The position numbers and the translations under genes are program-made. A DNA stretch of 30,516 bases from a virus (lineage: Duplodnaviria > Caudoviricetes). Below, one piece after another: positions 15,133 to 24,703 of the stretch (position 1 is the first letter of the stretch; the number at the start of each line of letters is the position of its first letter). The DNA is taken from IMG/VR virus record IMGVR_UViG_3300044259_000054, positions 1 through 30,516 of that record. One strand, written 5' to 3'. Under the pieces are notes generated by a model. The model saw only the letters and a program-made list of their open reading frames with translations. It did no database searches and was not told the DNA's origin.

Positions 15133-15525
15133 ATGCTGACCTTCAAGAACCTGACCAAAGGCCCCAAGGAAATCGCCACCAAGGGCGGCGGCTACGTGAT
15201 GATCGACCCCGGCCAGACCTCCGCCCCGGTGGAAGTCTTGGACGCTGATCGGGAAATCGCCAAAGCCTCGGGGTGGTTCGAGATCGCCGACGCGGGCGAG
15301 CCGGCTCCGGTGGTCGCGCAAGGCGGCGCCGACGGCGCGGCGGACGATCAATCCGTCGTCCAGACCGACGACTTCGACAAGCTCAGCGACGCCGACCTTA
15401 CCGCCACCTACACGGACATCGTCGGATCGGCGCCGCACCACAAGGCCAAGCGCGAGACCATCCTGAAGAACCTCCGGGCCTTCATCGCCGGCCAGGCCGT
15501 GCAGGACGAAGGCGAGGCGGTCTGA
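15133..15525 (+). CDS. Virion-associated hypothetical protein with C-terminal helix-extension-helix-like segment
   Basis: GAGGAG RBS; LSDADL.A.Y....G.APHHKAKRETIL; position after the MCP. Confidence 0.65.
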   Translation: MLTFKNLTKGPKEIATKGGGYVMIDPGQTSAPVEVLDADREIAKASGWFEIADAGEPAPVVAQGGADGAADDQSVVQTDDFDKLSDADLTATYTDIVGSAPHHKAKRETILKNLRAFIAGQAVQDEGEAV

Positions 15526-15527
15526 TC

Positions 15528-15947
15528 ATGGCCTACACCGCTCCGACCGCTGCCGATCTCAAGGACCGATATCCCGAGTTCGCCTCGGTCGGGACGGGGA
15601 CCATCGACGATGCGTTGCAAGAAGCCGCGCTGTTCGTCGACGATAGCTGGCCCGATCAGGGGACGTTCACGCTAGGGCGTCTGCTCTATGCGGCCCACAT
15701 CCTCGCGGCCTCGGGCCTGGGCGACGCCCAAGCGGCGTCGGGTCATGCGGGCCTGATCCTGAAAAGTGAGAAGTCCGGCGACACGCAATTCGAGTACGCC
15801 GCGGTTGGCGGATCGTCGACATCGCGGGATGACCTGCTGTCGACCTCCTATGGAAAGCGCTTCCGGCGCATCCAGCGCGCTCTCAAGGGCGGCGCGCGTC
15901 TCGTGAGGGGCGACGCCGGCCCATCGGCAATTCCCGAGGGCTGGTGA
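15528..15947 (+). CDS. Head-tail adaptor (DUF4054-like)
   Basis: PTAADLKDRYPEF, LYAAHIL, STSYGKRF motifs. Confidence 0.8.
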   Translation: MAYTAPTAADLKDRYPEFASVGTGTIDDALQEAALFVDDSWPDQGTFTLGRLLYAAHILAASGLGDAQAASGHAGLILKSEKSGDTQFEYAAVGGSSTSRDDLLSTSYGKRFRRIQRALKGGARLVRGDAGPSAIPEGW

Positions 15948-16303
15948 TGAGCTTCAATCCGCGCCTCTACCCGCGCCGGATCAAGATCGAGCGCGCCGAC
16001 CATCAGAACGGCGAGGCCAAGGTCTCCTATGGGGGCATGACGCCGGAGGAATTCTCGCTCGTTCTGGATAACGTGCCCTGCAACGTCCAGAGCAAGTCGA
16101 GCGGGCGGAGCAACACCGCCAACCTCCCGGCCGATACCGTCGTCGCCCAATGGCAGATCAACATCCCGCGCGATACCGTGGCGGATGGCGTGATCAAGAA
16201 GCGTGATATCATCACCGATGATCTCGGTCGCCGCTTCTCGGTGGTGGCTGACCATTGCCATCCCCTGGGGTGGAAGCTCCTCTGTGACGAAGCGAGGCTC
16301 TGA
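15947..16303 (+). CDS. Head closure/stopper-like protein
   Basis: Beta-rich ~118 aa, DIITDDLGRRF; synteny; TGATG coupling. Confidence 0.6.
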   Translation: MSFNPRLYPRRIKIERADHQNGEAKVSYGGMTPEEFSLVLDNVPCNVQSKSSGRSNTANLPADTVVAQWQINIPRDTVADGVIKKRDIITDDLGRRFSVVADHCHPLGWKLLCDEARL

Positions 16304-17175
16304 TGGCTGATCTCACGGACGCCGCCGACGCGATCGTCGACCTCATCGTCGCCGCGCTCTACCCGCAAGGTCTGAATGGCCTCGTCAAGCCGGAGGTTCC
16401 GGTCAAGGTCTATCCGGGGTGGCCAGATCCGTCGGCGCTTGAGGGTGATCTTGGCCTAGCGCCGGCCGGAAACGGCGGCACGACGCTCCGAGCGCTCCAC
16501 GTCTCGGTCTACAATATGCCATCCGAGCGGAACGTCGATCGCTTCCCGCATGAATGGCGCGCCCGGCCCCTGGCGGCGCCGACCTATGGCCTGACGGTCG
16601 CCGGTCAGGTCATCACCGTCACGGGGGCGGCGCCATCGCCCCACCGCCGGCAGAACGTCGCCGTGAAGGTATTCCCGAAGGCCTACGTCTACACCACCCA
16701 GGACGGCGACACCCCGGCGGAGATCGCTTCCGCTCTTCGGGATCTCATCGCCGCGGATGTCCCCGGCGCGACGGTGAGTGGGGCTGATATCACCATCCCG
16801 GCGCTCTACCGCATCGGCTTCGGCCGCGTGGGCGTCATGGGATCGGCCATCAAGGAGATCGGACGGCAGGAGAAGGCTTTCCAGATCACCCTATGGGCCG
16901 ACACGCCGGACAATCGCAAGTGGCTCGCCCAGGCGGTCGCGCCCGCGCTCGCGCAGGCCGATTTCCTCACGCTCGCCGACGGCACGCGGGCCCGCTTTAT
17001 CAAAAAGGGCGAGACCGATATCGACCGGGCGCAGCGCCAAGGTGCGTATCGGCGCGATTTTGTCTATACGGTGGAGTATGCAACCACGATCGAGCTCGAA
17101 GCGGCTCAAGTCGTGGTCGCCCAGACGGAACTCACAAACCCCCAGGACGAGGTCATCGCCTCGACGATCAGCTAG
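16303..17175 (+). CDS. Tail terminator/neck protein
   Basis: YPGWP, FQITLWA, YRRD.VY.VEY; directly upstream of the sheath operon. Confidence 0.6.
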   Translation: MADLTDAADAIVDLIVAALYPQGLNGLVKPEVPVKVYPGWPDPSALEGDLGLAPAGNGGTTLRALHVSVYNMPSERNVDRFPHEWRARPLAAPTYGLTVAGQVITVTGAAPSPHRRQNVAVKVFPKAYVYTTQDGDTPAEIASALRDLIAADVPGATVSGADITIPALYRIGFGRVGVMGSAIKEIGRQEKAFQITLWADTPDNRKWLAQAVAPALAQADFLTLADGTRARFIKKGETDIDRAQRQGAYRRDFVYTVEYATTIELEAAQVVVAQTELTNPQDEVIASTIS

Positions 17176-17185
17176 GAGCAGATCA

Positions 17186-17380
17186 GTGAAGAAGAAAGTC
17201 CTCGTCATCACCCAAGCGTTCGGGGATCGCCAGGTTGGCGACACCATCACGGACGCCGCCGAGATCAAGGCCCTGATGGAAGATCGCCCCTCTTTCGTGG
17301 TTGTGCGCGAGCAGACCGACGAGGAAGTCGAGGCCGAGAAGCGGGCCGGCGCCGACACCGACGACAAGCCCAAGAAGTAA
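17186..17380 (+). CDS. Small hypothetical protein preceding the sheath
   Basis: AGGAG RBS then GTG 17186; LVITQAFGDRQVGDTITD. Confidence 0.65.
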   Translation: MKKKVLVITQAFGDRQVGDTITDAAEIKALMEDRPSFVVVREQTDEEVEAEKRAGADTDDKPKK

Positions 17381-17404
17381 GCAGCCCGCTCAAGGAGCCA
17401 CGCG

Positions 17405-18916
17405 ATGACGATCTTCACCTATGGCAGTTCCAACCCGACCGCTTCCGGCGTTCCGGGTCTTTCGATCAACGTCCAACCCCCGCCGGCTGTCAGCCTGCCG
17501 GGCGCGCCTTCCGACATCCTGGCCTTCGTCGGGACGGCCTCTTGGGGCCCGGTCGGCGCCCCGGTGGCTTTTGGCGACGAGGATGGCGCGGCCATCGCCT
17601 TCGGCCCCATGAAGGTCCGAAAGTACGACATGATGACGCAGGTCCACGCCGCCGTCATGCAGGGCGCGACCAACATGCGCGGCGTCCGCGTGACCGACGG
17701 GACCGACACCGCCGCCACGGCCACGATCCAGACCAACGGCCTGACGGTGACGGCCAAGTACACCGGCACGCGCGGCGCGCTGCTCCAGTTTGGCGTCGGC
17801 CCCGGCACGAAGACCGGAACCTATAAGGCCACGGTGACGATGCCGGGTATTCAGCCCGAGATCTTCGACAACCTCGCCGAGGGCCTGACGGCGAACGCCA
17901 TCTGGGTCGCCATCGCCTCGGCGATCAACAACGGTACGGCCAACGTCGCGGCATCGAGCCTTGTCGTCGCTACGGCCGGCGTCAGCACCTCGGCGCCCAC
18001 GGCCACGACGACGAGCCTCACGGGCGGTAGCGATGGTGTCGGCACCATCACTTCTACGGTCCTGCTCGGAAGCGACACCTCGCCCCGCAAGGGCATGTAC
18101 GCGATCCGCAACACCGGCGCGGCTGTGATCGTCCTGGCGGACTGCGACGACAACACCACTTGGGCGGCGCAGATCGCTTTCGGGAAGTCGGAAGTCTGCC
18201 TCCCGGTGGTCGTCAGCCCGTCGGGCGACACGATCTCGAACTTCGCGACCCTCATGTCGGGTATCGATGACCCGTACATCAAGGTTCTGTTTGGCGATTG
18301 GGTCTACATGGCCGACGGAACGAACAACATCCCCTCGCGCCTGGTCTCGCCGCAAGGCTTCTGGGCGGGCCGGAAGATCGTCGGCGGGCCGCATCAGTCG
18401 GCGCTCAACAAGCCGCTCAACGGCGTGATCGGCACCCAGAAGTCGGCGACGAGCACCGTTTATGCCCAAGCCGAGCTGCAACTGATCGGCCAAGCGCGCG
18501 GCGACGTGCTGGTTATGAACCCGCCCGGTGGAGACTATCCGGCCTTCGCCTTTGGCCGCACGGCATCGAGCGACGCCAGCCGCCGGCAGGAAACCTACAC
18601 GACTATGACGAACTATCTCGCGCGCAGCCTTGACCAGGCCGGCGGGCTGGGACGGTTCGTCGGGGAACTCGCCACGCCGGAAGAGACCCGCGAGGCCGAA
18701 GGTATGATGGGCGGCTTCCTCCAAGACGAATGGGACGGCGGCCGGATCGGCAACGCCAACGGGACCATCCCCTACAGCGTCAAGGTCACCAACCCCGCGC
18801 TCGGCGTCCAGAAGGCGACCGCAAAGGTCCAGTACCTCTCGGTTATCGAGAACTTCATCGTCGATTTGACCGGCGGCGCGTCGGTCGAAATCGTCCCGCA
18901 ACAGCAGACCGCCTAA
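17405..18916 (+). CDS. Contractile tail sheath protein
   Basis: 503 aa; PG...FVGTASWGPV, TAKYTGTRG, LTGGSDG, SALNK motifs. Confidence 0.9.
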   Translation: MTIFTYGSSNPTASGVPGLSINVQPPPAVSLPGAPSDILAFVGTASWGPVGAPVAFGDEDGAAIAFGPMKVRKYDMMTQVHAAVMQGATNMRGVRVTDGTDTAATATIQTNGLTVTAKYTGTRGALLQFGVGPGTKTGTYKATVTMPGIQPEIFDNLAEGLTANAIWVAIASAINNGTANVAASSLVVATAGVSTSAPTATTTSLTGGSDGVGTITSTVLLGSDTSPRKGMYAIRNTGAAVIVLADCDDNTTWAAQIAFGKSEVCLPVVVSPSGDTISNFATLMSGIDDPYIKVLFGDWVYMADGTNNIPSRLVSPQGFWAGRKIVGGPHQSALNKPLNGVIGTQKSATSTVYAQAELQLIGQARGDVLVMNPPGGDYPAFAFGRTASSDASRRQETYTTMTNYLARSLDQAGGLGRFVGELATPEETREAEGMMGGFLQDEWDGGRIGNANGTIPYSVKVTNPALGVQKATAKVQYLSVIENFIVDLTGGASVEIVPQQQTA

Positions 18917-18946
18917 GGCGCCGTCTAAGACCAAGGAGCAAGGACA

Positions 18947-19381
18947 GTGCCCACCAACGAGTTCAACATCGGCCGTGACGTCTCCCTCGACATCATCGAC
19001 CCCAACCAAGGCCCGCTTCGGTTCAGCATCCGCACGGGCTTCGACCACACCCCGCTCTTCGATGAGGTTTCCTCGAAGGGCCTGGATGGCTTCCCGCGCA
19101 ACGACAGCGTGCCGAACGGCCACCGGCTGACGTTCAACGTCGACCGTGCCGACAAGGCGCTGGACGACTACTTCGCGTCGCGCGAGGCGAATTACTTCAA
19201 CGGCGGGGTCAACCCGCGGGTCTCGATCACCGAGACGATCCGCGAGGTCGACGGCAGCGTGTCGATCTACCGCTTCACCGGCGTGTCGCTAAGTCTCCAG
19301 AGCGGTGGCGTGTGGCGTGGCAACAGCCCGGCGACCCAGGTCGTGCAGGGCATGGCGTCGCGCCGGATCAAGGTGTCCTGA
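18947..19381 (+). CDS. Tail tube protein
   Basis: 144 aa directly after the sheath; AAGGAG RBS, GTG start. Confidence 0.8.
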   Translation: MPTNEFNIGRDVSLDIIDPNQGPLRFSIRTGFDHTPLFDEVSSKGLDGFPRNDSVPNGHRLTFNVDRADKALDDYFASREANYFNGGVNPRVSITETIREVDGSVSIYRFTGVSLSLQSGGVWRGNSPATQVVQGMASRRIKVS

Positions 19382-19818
19382 TGGTCGATCCGAAGATCAC
19401 GATCAACCCGGAGGTCGCCGACGCGGCCCCGGCTCCGGCCCAGACCCCCACGGCGCAGATCCTCGCCGAAGCGCTTCGCGAAGCCGATATCACGTTCGGA
19501 AACGGCCGCGTGATGTCGGTTCGCAAGCCCTCGACGCTGGTCAAGTACCGCATCGTCGCCGCCCTGGGCGCCGAGCTTTCGGCCAATCAGGTCTATATGA
19601 GCATGGTCGAGCCCCTGTTGTGGGTTTCGAAGATCGACGGCCAGCCGGTCTTCATGCCGACCTCGGAGCTCCAAGTCGAAGCGCTCATCACCCAGATCGG
19701 CGACGACGGTATGGACGAACTCACGACGTGGTACATGATCAACGTCATGGGCCCCGTGATGCAGGCCATGGACGCAGCCAAGGCCCAGGCTCGGGAGCGC
19801 GAGCAGGTAAAAAACTAG
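19381..19818 (+). CDS. Tail assembly chaperone (G-like)
   Basis: TGATG coupling at 19381; between tube and tape measure; ends GTA AAA AAC TAG. Confidence 0.75.
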   Translation: MVDPKITINPEVADAAPAPAQTPTAQILAEALREADITFGNGRVMSVRKPSTLVKYRIVAALGAELSANQVYMSMVEPLLWVSKIDGQPVFMPTSELQVEALITQIGDDGMDELTTWYMINVMGPVMQAMDAAKAQAREREQVKN

Positions 19819-19991
19819 CCAGGGCCGCGTGGTTTCAGGAGGCCGCCTGGAACATCAAGAACGGCGTCCCGTTCGACGTGGCCCTCTCGCTCGATGGGGT
19901 AATGAGTAAGGCCTTCGCGATTGTGTTTGCCGAAGCCGAGGGATCGGAGTTTGATTTCGACGCCTGGGAATACAAGAAGCAGACCTCATGA
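19809..19991 (+). other. Programmed -1 frameshift site and GT-like extension
   Basis: Heptamer A AAA AAC (19809-19815) before the stop; the -1 frame stays open to TGA 19989-19991 (..NGVPFDVA..FDFDAW..). Confidence 0.8.
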
Positions 19992-20476
19992 CCCGACAGT
20001 TCAACGACCTTGGGGCGCTCGCCGTGGAATTCGCGGCGAGCGCCTTTCGTATGGAGCGCCACCTCGAAGCGGGGCTCAATCGGGCCCTGACGATCATCCG
20101 CCAGGACGCCTACGGCCGGATCGGCGACTATCAGGACAGCGTCGGGCCCTTCCCCGCCTGGGCGCAGCTCTCGCCCTACACCGAAGACCGCAAGGCCTCG
20201 ATGGGGTATCCGGCCGATGCGCCGCTGCTCGCGACCGGCGCCATGCGGGCGAGCCTCGATCAGGAGCAGCACGGCCTTGAGGGCGTGGCGGGCTTCACCG
20301 ACCCAAAGGCGGTCTTTCACGAGTTCGGCACCGAGAAGATGCCCGCCCGCCCCGTCATGGGCCCGGCGGCGTTCAGCAACCGCGAGGAAATCCAGCGCGA
20401 GCTCGGTCAGGCGGTGGTGAGCGGCCTGATGGGGGGACAGGTCATAGCCGGCCTGGGCTACAACTTCAGGATCTAG
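19988..20476 (+). CDS. HK97-gp10-like/virion morphogenesis (tail completion) protein
   Basis: WAQLS..T, PLLATGAMRAS, HEFGTEKMPARPVMGPA. Confidence 0.75.
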   Translation: MTRQFNDLGALAVEFAASAFRMERHLEAGLNRALTIIRQDAYGRIGDYQDSVGPFPAWAQLSPYTEDRKASMGYPADAPLLATGAMRASLDQEQHGLEGVAGFTDPKAVFHEFGTEKMPARPVMGPAAFSNREEIQRELGQAVVSGLMGGQVIAGLGYNFRI

Positions 20477-20769
20477 AGGCCGATGGCGGCGCCGATGAAG
20501 CACGCCGCGACATAGGAGCCGGCCAGCGCCGCCACGCTAAGGACGATCGACCAGAAGAGCCCAAGCGCTCCGATCGCCAAGGCAAAACCCACTGTCTGCT
20601 GCGGGCCGGTTTCCGCCGACTTCGAACCGCCAGAAGACCACCGGCCGGGGTAGTGGCCGTGCACGGCATGGAACTCGCGCTCAAACCGGCTATAACGGGA
20701 CAATTGCCGCTCCGAGAGGTGAAGAATGTTCGAGGCCTTTTCAGTAGGCGTCCGGCTGTCGCTGGTCAA
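20473..20769 (-). CDS. Small membrane protein on the opposite strand (start uncertain)
   Basis: Fills the otherwise empty gap 20477-20725; long hydrophobic C-terminus; stop overlaps the upstream gene's stop (CTAG). Confidence 0.4.
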   Translation of the reverse strand: MTSDSRTPTEKASNILHLSERQLSRYSRFEREFHAVHGHYPGRWSSGGSKSAETGPQQTVGFALAIGALGLFWSIVLSVAALAGSYVAACFIGAAIGL

Positions 20770-22651
20770 TCAAGTCACGGCCGGCCTCATGGGCATCTCG
20801 TCGGCCTTCGCTAGGGTCCACGGGGACGCGAGGCAACTTCAGGGGCAGCTCGACAGGATCAAGCTGACCCTCGCGGGCGGCGCCGCCCTGGCGGGTACCG
20901 GCTTCTTCGGCCTGGCGATGATCGGCAAGACGATCGAGCCCGCCCGCGAGTACGCCCATCAGCTCGCGTTGATGAACACCGCCGGGATGCGGCAAGTCGA
21001 TATCGTGAAGTCTATCAACGCCGCCTGGGCGCTGAACAAGACCGTTCCGACCTCGACCGCGACGCAGAACCTTGAGGCGATCCGCGAACTCCGCACGGTC
21101 TTGGGCGACACCCAGGAGGCGATCAACTTCCTCCCCCAGGCGCAGAAGATGGCCTACATCCTTCAGAACGTCAGGGGGTCGACGGATAGCAAGGGCGAGG
21201 TCCAGGCCGCCGGCCGCGCTCTGGACCGCCGCAACGCCACGGCCTCGCCGCAAGAGGCCGCTGTTCAGACCGATCTCATGCTGAAGGCGATCGTCGCCTC
21301 GGGCGGCGTGCTGTCGGCCAAGGACTTCGCGCAAACCTTCATGTACGGCCGGAGCGCTACCCAGGGGTGGTCGAACGAGTTCGCTTATAAGATCCTTCCC
21401 TCGCTCATGCAGGAGTTCAAGTCCGGCAACGGCTCGGGCGCGGGCGGCGGGCCTGGCAACCCGCTGATGAGCGCCTACAACGCCGTTGTGAATGGCGTCA
21501 TTCCACAGAAGGCTCTTCCGGTATGGATGGAGCTTGACCTTCTCAATCGCAACAAAGTCGTCTGGACGAAGTCTGGCGAAGCGAAAGGCCTTCTTCCGGG
21601 CGGGATCAAGAACTACGAGAAGTTCATCTCAAACCCTTACGCCTGGGCGTTAGAGGATATGGTTCCCGCAATGGAGCGGGCCAAGTACACTGAGGCTCAG
21701 AAGAGGCAAGCCATAGGATACCTTTTCCCGAACCGCACCGCCGCCGCCGTTATTTCCACGATGGTATTCCAATCCCGCGCCATCGAGCGCGATCGGAAGA
21801 TGTTCGATATCGCCCAGGGTATGGGGGCCTATGAGACCCTCATGAAGAACGACCCCATGGCGGCGCAGGCCGCCCTTACCGCCCAATGGAAGAACCTCCT
21901 GACCGTGATCGGCTTCGAAATCCTCCCCGTGGTGGTCTCGGGAACGCTGAAGCTCATCGACGGCCTCCGCGATCTTGCGGCTTGGATGCGCGAGCACCCC
22001 AAGACCACAAAGGCCCTTGTTCTGGGCTTCGCCGCGCTCTCCGCCGCGATGGCGTTTAGCGGAACGGTTCTTCTTCTGTCTGGCTCATTCCGTGCCATGA
22101 ACCTTGCGATTGGCCTCTTGACTGGAGCCAGGGGTGCGGCAGTGGCCGGAGCTCAAATATCTGGGCTGGCGGGGAGCGTATCGACTATGACGCCGGTCGT
22201 TTCAGCATTGGCGACGGCGGCGGCGGCTGCCGCTCTGCCCATCGCGCTTATCGCCGGTGGCTTGGCGGTCATTGGTGGTATCGCTTGGCACCAAAACCGC
22301 CTCGATAAGGCCTGGAATAAGGGCGCTGACCCGAAGTCAATGACTGATCATGAAATTGACTTGGCCCTGACGAAGCCTCGAAACGCCCGGATGGCGTCGG
22401 CCATTGACGCAAGAAAAGAAGAACTCAGGGCAGAGCAAAAGCGACGCGGAATTACAGGTTCTCCAGTCGTGCCTCGGGGAAATGTGAGAATTGGCGGCAA
22501 TGGTGACGGAAACGTCTACCTTGACGGCAAGAAGGTCGGGCGGTTCACCACTGGATGGACGGCCCGCAGCATGGGCGGCGCCAACCAGGGCAGCGCGCGC
22601 CGCGACCCGAGCGCCGCGCTTCCCAGCACCGGCGCGGGAGTTTCGCGATGA
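20726..22651 (+). CDS. Tape measure protein
   Basis: 641 aa, Ala/Gly-rich and helical with hydrophobic segments, C-terminal VYLDGKKVG; GAGGT RBS; synteny. Confidence 0.85.
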   Translation: MFEAFSVGVRLSLVNQVTAGLMGISSAFARVHGDARQLQGQLDRIKLTLAGGAALAGTGFFGLAMIGKTIEPAREYAHQLALMNTAGMRQVDIVKSINAAWALNKTVPTSTATQNLEAIRELRTVLGDTQEAINFLPQAQKMAYILQNVRGSTDSKGEVQAAGRALDRRNATASPQEAAVQTDLMLKAIVASGGVLSAKDFAQTFMYGRSATQGWSNEFAYKILPSLMQEFKSGNGSGAGGGPGNPLMSAYNAVVNGVIPQKALPVWMELDLLNRNKVVWTKSGEAKGLLPGGIKNYEKFISNPYAWALEDMVPAMERAKYTEAQKRQAIGYLFPNRTAAAVISTMVFQSRAIERDRKMFDIAQGMGAYETLMKNDPMAAQAALTAQWKNLLTVIGFEILPVVVSGTLKLIDGLRDLAAWMREHPKTTKALVLGFAALSAAMAFSGTVLLLSGSFRAMNLAIGLLTGARGAAVAGAQISGLAGSVSTMTPVVSALATAAAAAALPIALIAGGLAVIGGIAWHQNRLDKAWNKGADPKSMTDHEIDLALTKPRNARMASAIDARKEELRAEQKRRGITGSPVVPRGNVRIGGNGDGNVYLDGKKVGRFTTGWTARSMGGANQGSARRDPSAALPSTGAGVSR

Positions 22652-23634
22652 CCACTGTGACCCTTGACGGGTTCGTCTTCGAGGACTTCGAGATCCCCGA
22701 TAGCATGACGCTCGGCGGCGACCAGGCCTTGGCCATTCACCGTCTCGTGGGCGGAAAGCGCGTGATCGACGCCATGGGGAGCGATCCCCGGCCGATATCG
22801 TGGTCGGGGCGCTTCCGTGGCCCGCTGGCGATGTCGCGCGCCATGGAGATCGACGCCAAGCGGATCGCCGGCAAGAAGCTCGCGCTCTCCTGGGGTGTCC
22901 GATCCTTCACGGTGGTGATTGACCGCTTCGAGTACGAAGAGCAGGCCGTCAACGAAATCCCCTATGAGATCCGATGCGAGGTCGTGACCGACGACAGCAC
23001 GTCGGCCATTCAGGGCGACATCGGGGTTGATGAGATGGTCGACGCCGACGCGGCCTCGATCGATGACCTCTCGGACGACATCGAGGAGGCGCCCCTGACG
23101 TCGTCGGTCGACAAGCTCAAGAGCGCGATCTCCAACGTGAAGGACTTCGCCCGCGCGACGCGCCAGCAGGTCAATTCCGTGCTCCAGCCCTTGCGGGACG
23201 TCCAACAGGTCGCCGACGAGCTTCTGGATAGCTACCAGGGGGCCGTGAGGGAGTTTCAGGGCATCATCTTGGACGTCCAGGGCACGGTTGGTTCCGTGCA
23301 GACCACGGCTGGAGAGTTCGAGAACACGGTCAACCGCATGGTCTCGGGACTGACGGGCCAGGCCGACGCCATGGACAAGAGCGCCGACCTGTTGGACCTC
23401 GGCTCCTATTCGGGCCGGATGCAGACCAACCTTCTCGCCATCGGGGCGAGCGGCGCCGAGGTCGTGACGGCCGGCGGCGACCTCTACACCCTGGCGACCC
23501 AGAAGTACGGCGACCCCAACGAGTGGACGACGATCGCCGAAGCCAACGGCCTAACCGATCCCATGCTGTCGGGTGTCCAGACCGTTCTCGTTCCGCCAAT
23601 CGCGAGCGGATCGGGCGGCGTCCTGAAGGTGTGA
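22648..23634 (+). CDS. Tail tube initiator/baseplate protein with C-terminal LysM domain
   Basis: ISWSGRF N-terminal domain; DLYTLATQKYGDPNEWTTIAEANGLTDP LysM-like segment. Confidence 0.75.
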   Translation: MTTVTLDGFVFEDFEIPDSMTLGGDQALAIHRLVGGKRVIDAMGSDPRPISWSGRFRGPLAMSRAMEIDAKRIAGKKLALSWGVRSFTVVIDRFEYEEQAVNEIPYEIRCEVVTDDSTSAIQGDIGVDEMVDADAASIDDLSDDIEEAPLTSSVDKLKSAISNVKDFARATRQQVNSVLQPLRDVQQVADELLDSYQGAVREFQGIILDVQGTVGSVQTTAGEFENTVNRMVSGLTGQADAMDKSADLLDLGSYSGRMQTNLLAIGASGAEVVTAGGDLYTLATQKYGDPNEWTTIAEANGLTDPMLSGVQTVLVPPIASGSGGVLKV

Positions 23635-23635
23635 A

Positions 23636-24703
23636 ATGGAAGTTCGGCAACCCCGCGGCTTGGTGAAGATCAACGGCGCGCGCGTCGACGGATGGACCGC
23701 GATCGAGACCGAAGAGAACGATTACGTCCAGCCCGACAACTTCACGGTCGACTTCGCGATGTCGGCGCTCGCCAAGGAGACGGATGCGGCCTGGTTTGCC
23801 TCTCAGGCGACGCTCGACTTCGAAATCTTCATCGGCTTCCCGGCCGACGGGGAGAACTTCAACGAGGCCGAACTCGACAGCATGTTCTTCGGGCGCGCCG
23901 ATGATATCGACTTCGACTGGCTGACGGGAAAGATCAGGGTCACGGGCCGAGACCTCACGGCGCGCCTGATGGACCACAAGAGCAGCGAAAAGCACGTCAA
24001 CCTCACGGCCTCGCAGATCGCCCGCAAGGTGGCGGCGAAGTACGGCCTCACGCCTGTCGTGACCGAAACCTCGACCAAGGCCGGCAAGCTCTATCAGCTC
24101 GACAAGGTCGACCTTCAGGTGCAGCGCACCGAATGGGACCTGTTGACGTGGCTCGCCCAAGAGGAGGGCTTCGTCTGCTACACCCAGGGCCGGGAGCTGC
24201 ATTTCGAGCCCAGGCCGCCCGAGGGGCAGGCCTCGCCCTATGTGGTGAAGCGCGTCGCCGAGACCGAAGCGCTGACCCAATCGGGAAACTACGTCAGCCT
24301 CTCGACCGGCCGCTCCCTCACGGTTGCGCGCGACATCAAGGTCACTGTGCGGTCGTGGAACTCCAAGCGTAAGCGGGCCTTCGAGCGCGTGGCGCGGCGC
24401 TCCGGCGGGGGCGGTGACGTGCAGGAGTACAACTATACGATCGCCGGCCTCGATCCCGACCAGGCGCAGAAGCGCGCCCAACAGATCCTCGAAGACCTTA
24501 GCAAACATCAGATGCGCCTCGCCTTTGAGGGGCCGGCGGACAATGAGCTTCGGCTTCAGAAGACGATCCGCCTTGAGGGCACGGAAACGGCCTTCGATCA
24601 GGTCTACTATCCCGAGAGCATCATCCGCGCCTTGAGCAAAGATGAGGGGTACACCATGGATGTCAGGGCCAAGAACCAAGTCCCTGGCCAGGAGACCACA
24701 TGA
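23636..24703 (+). CDS. Baseplate hub protein (P2 gpD/Mu gp44-like)
   Basis: TGRDLT, TEWDLL..LA..EG, VTVRSWN; synteny. Confidence 0.85.
   Translation: MEVRQPRGLVKINGARVDGWTAIETEENDYVQPDNFTVDFAMSALAKETDAAWFASQATLDFEIFIGFPADGENFNEAELDSMFFGRADDIDFDWLTGKIRVTGRDLTARLMDHKSSEKHVNLTASQIARKVAAKYGLTPVVTETSTKAGKLYQLDKVDLQVQRTEWDLLTWLAQEEGFVCYTQGRELHFEPRPPEGQASPYVVKRVAETEALTQSGNYVSLSTGRSLTVARDIKVTVRSWNSKRKRAFERVARRSGGGGDVQEYNYTIAGLDPDQAQKRAQQILEDLSKHQMRLAFEGPADNELRLQKTIRLEGTETAFDQVYYPESIIRALSKDEGYTMDVRAKNQVPGQETT

Noticed and set aside
16204-16792. TGATATCA copies at 16204 and 16785
   Set aside because: Inside coding sequence and explained by Asp-Ile codons (GAT ATC); not counted as regulatory
17390-19123. 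577-aa minus-strand ORF
   Set aside because: Antisense shadow of the sheath and tube genes
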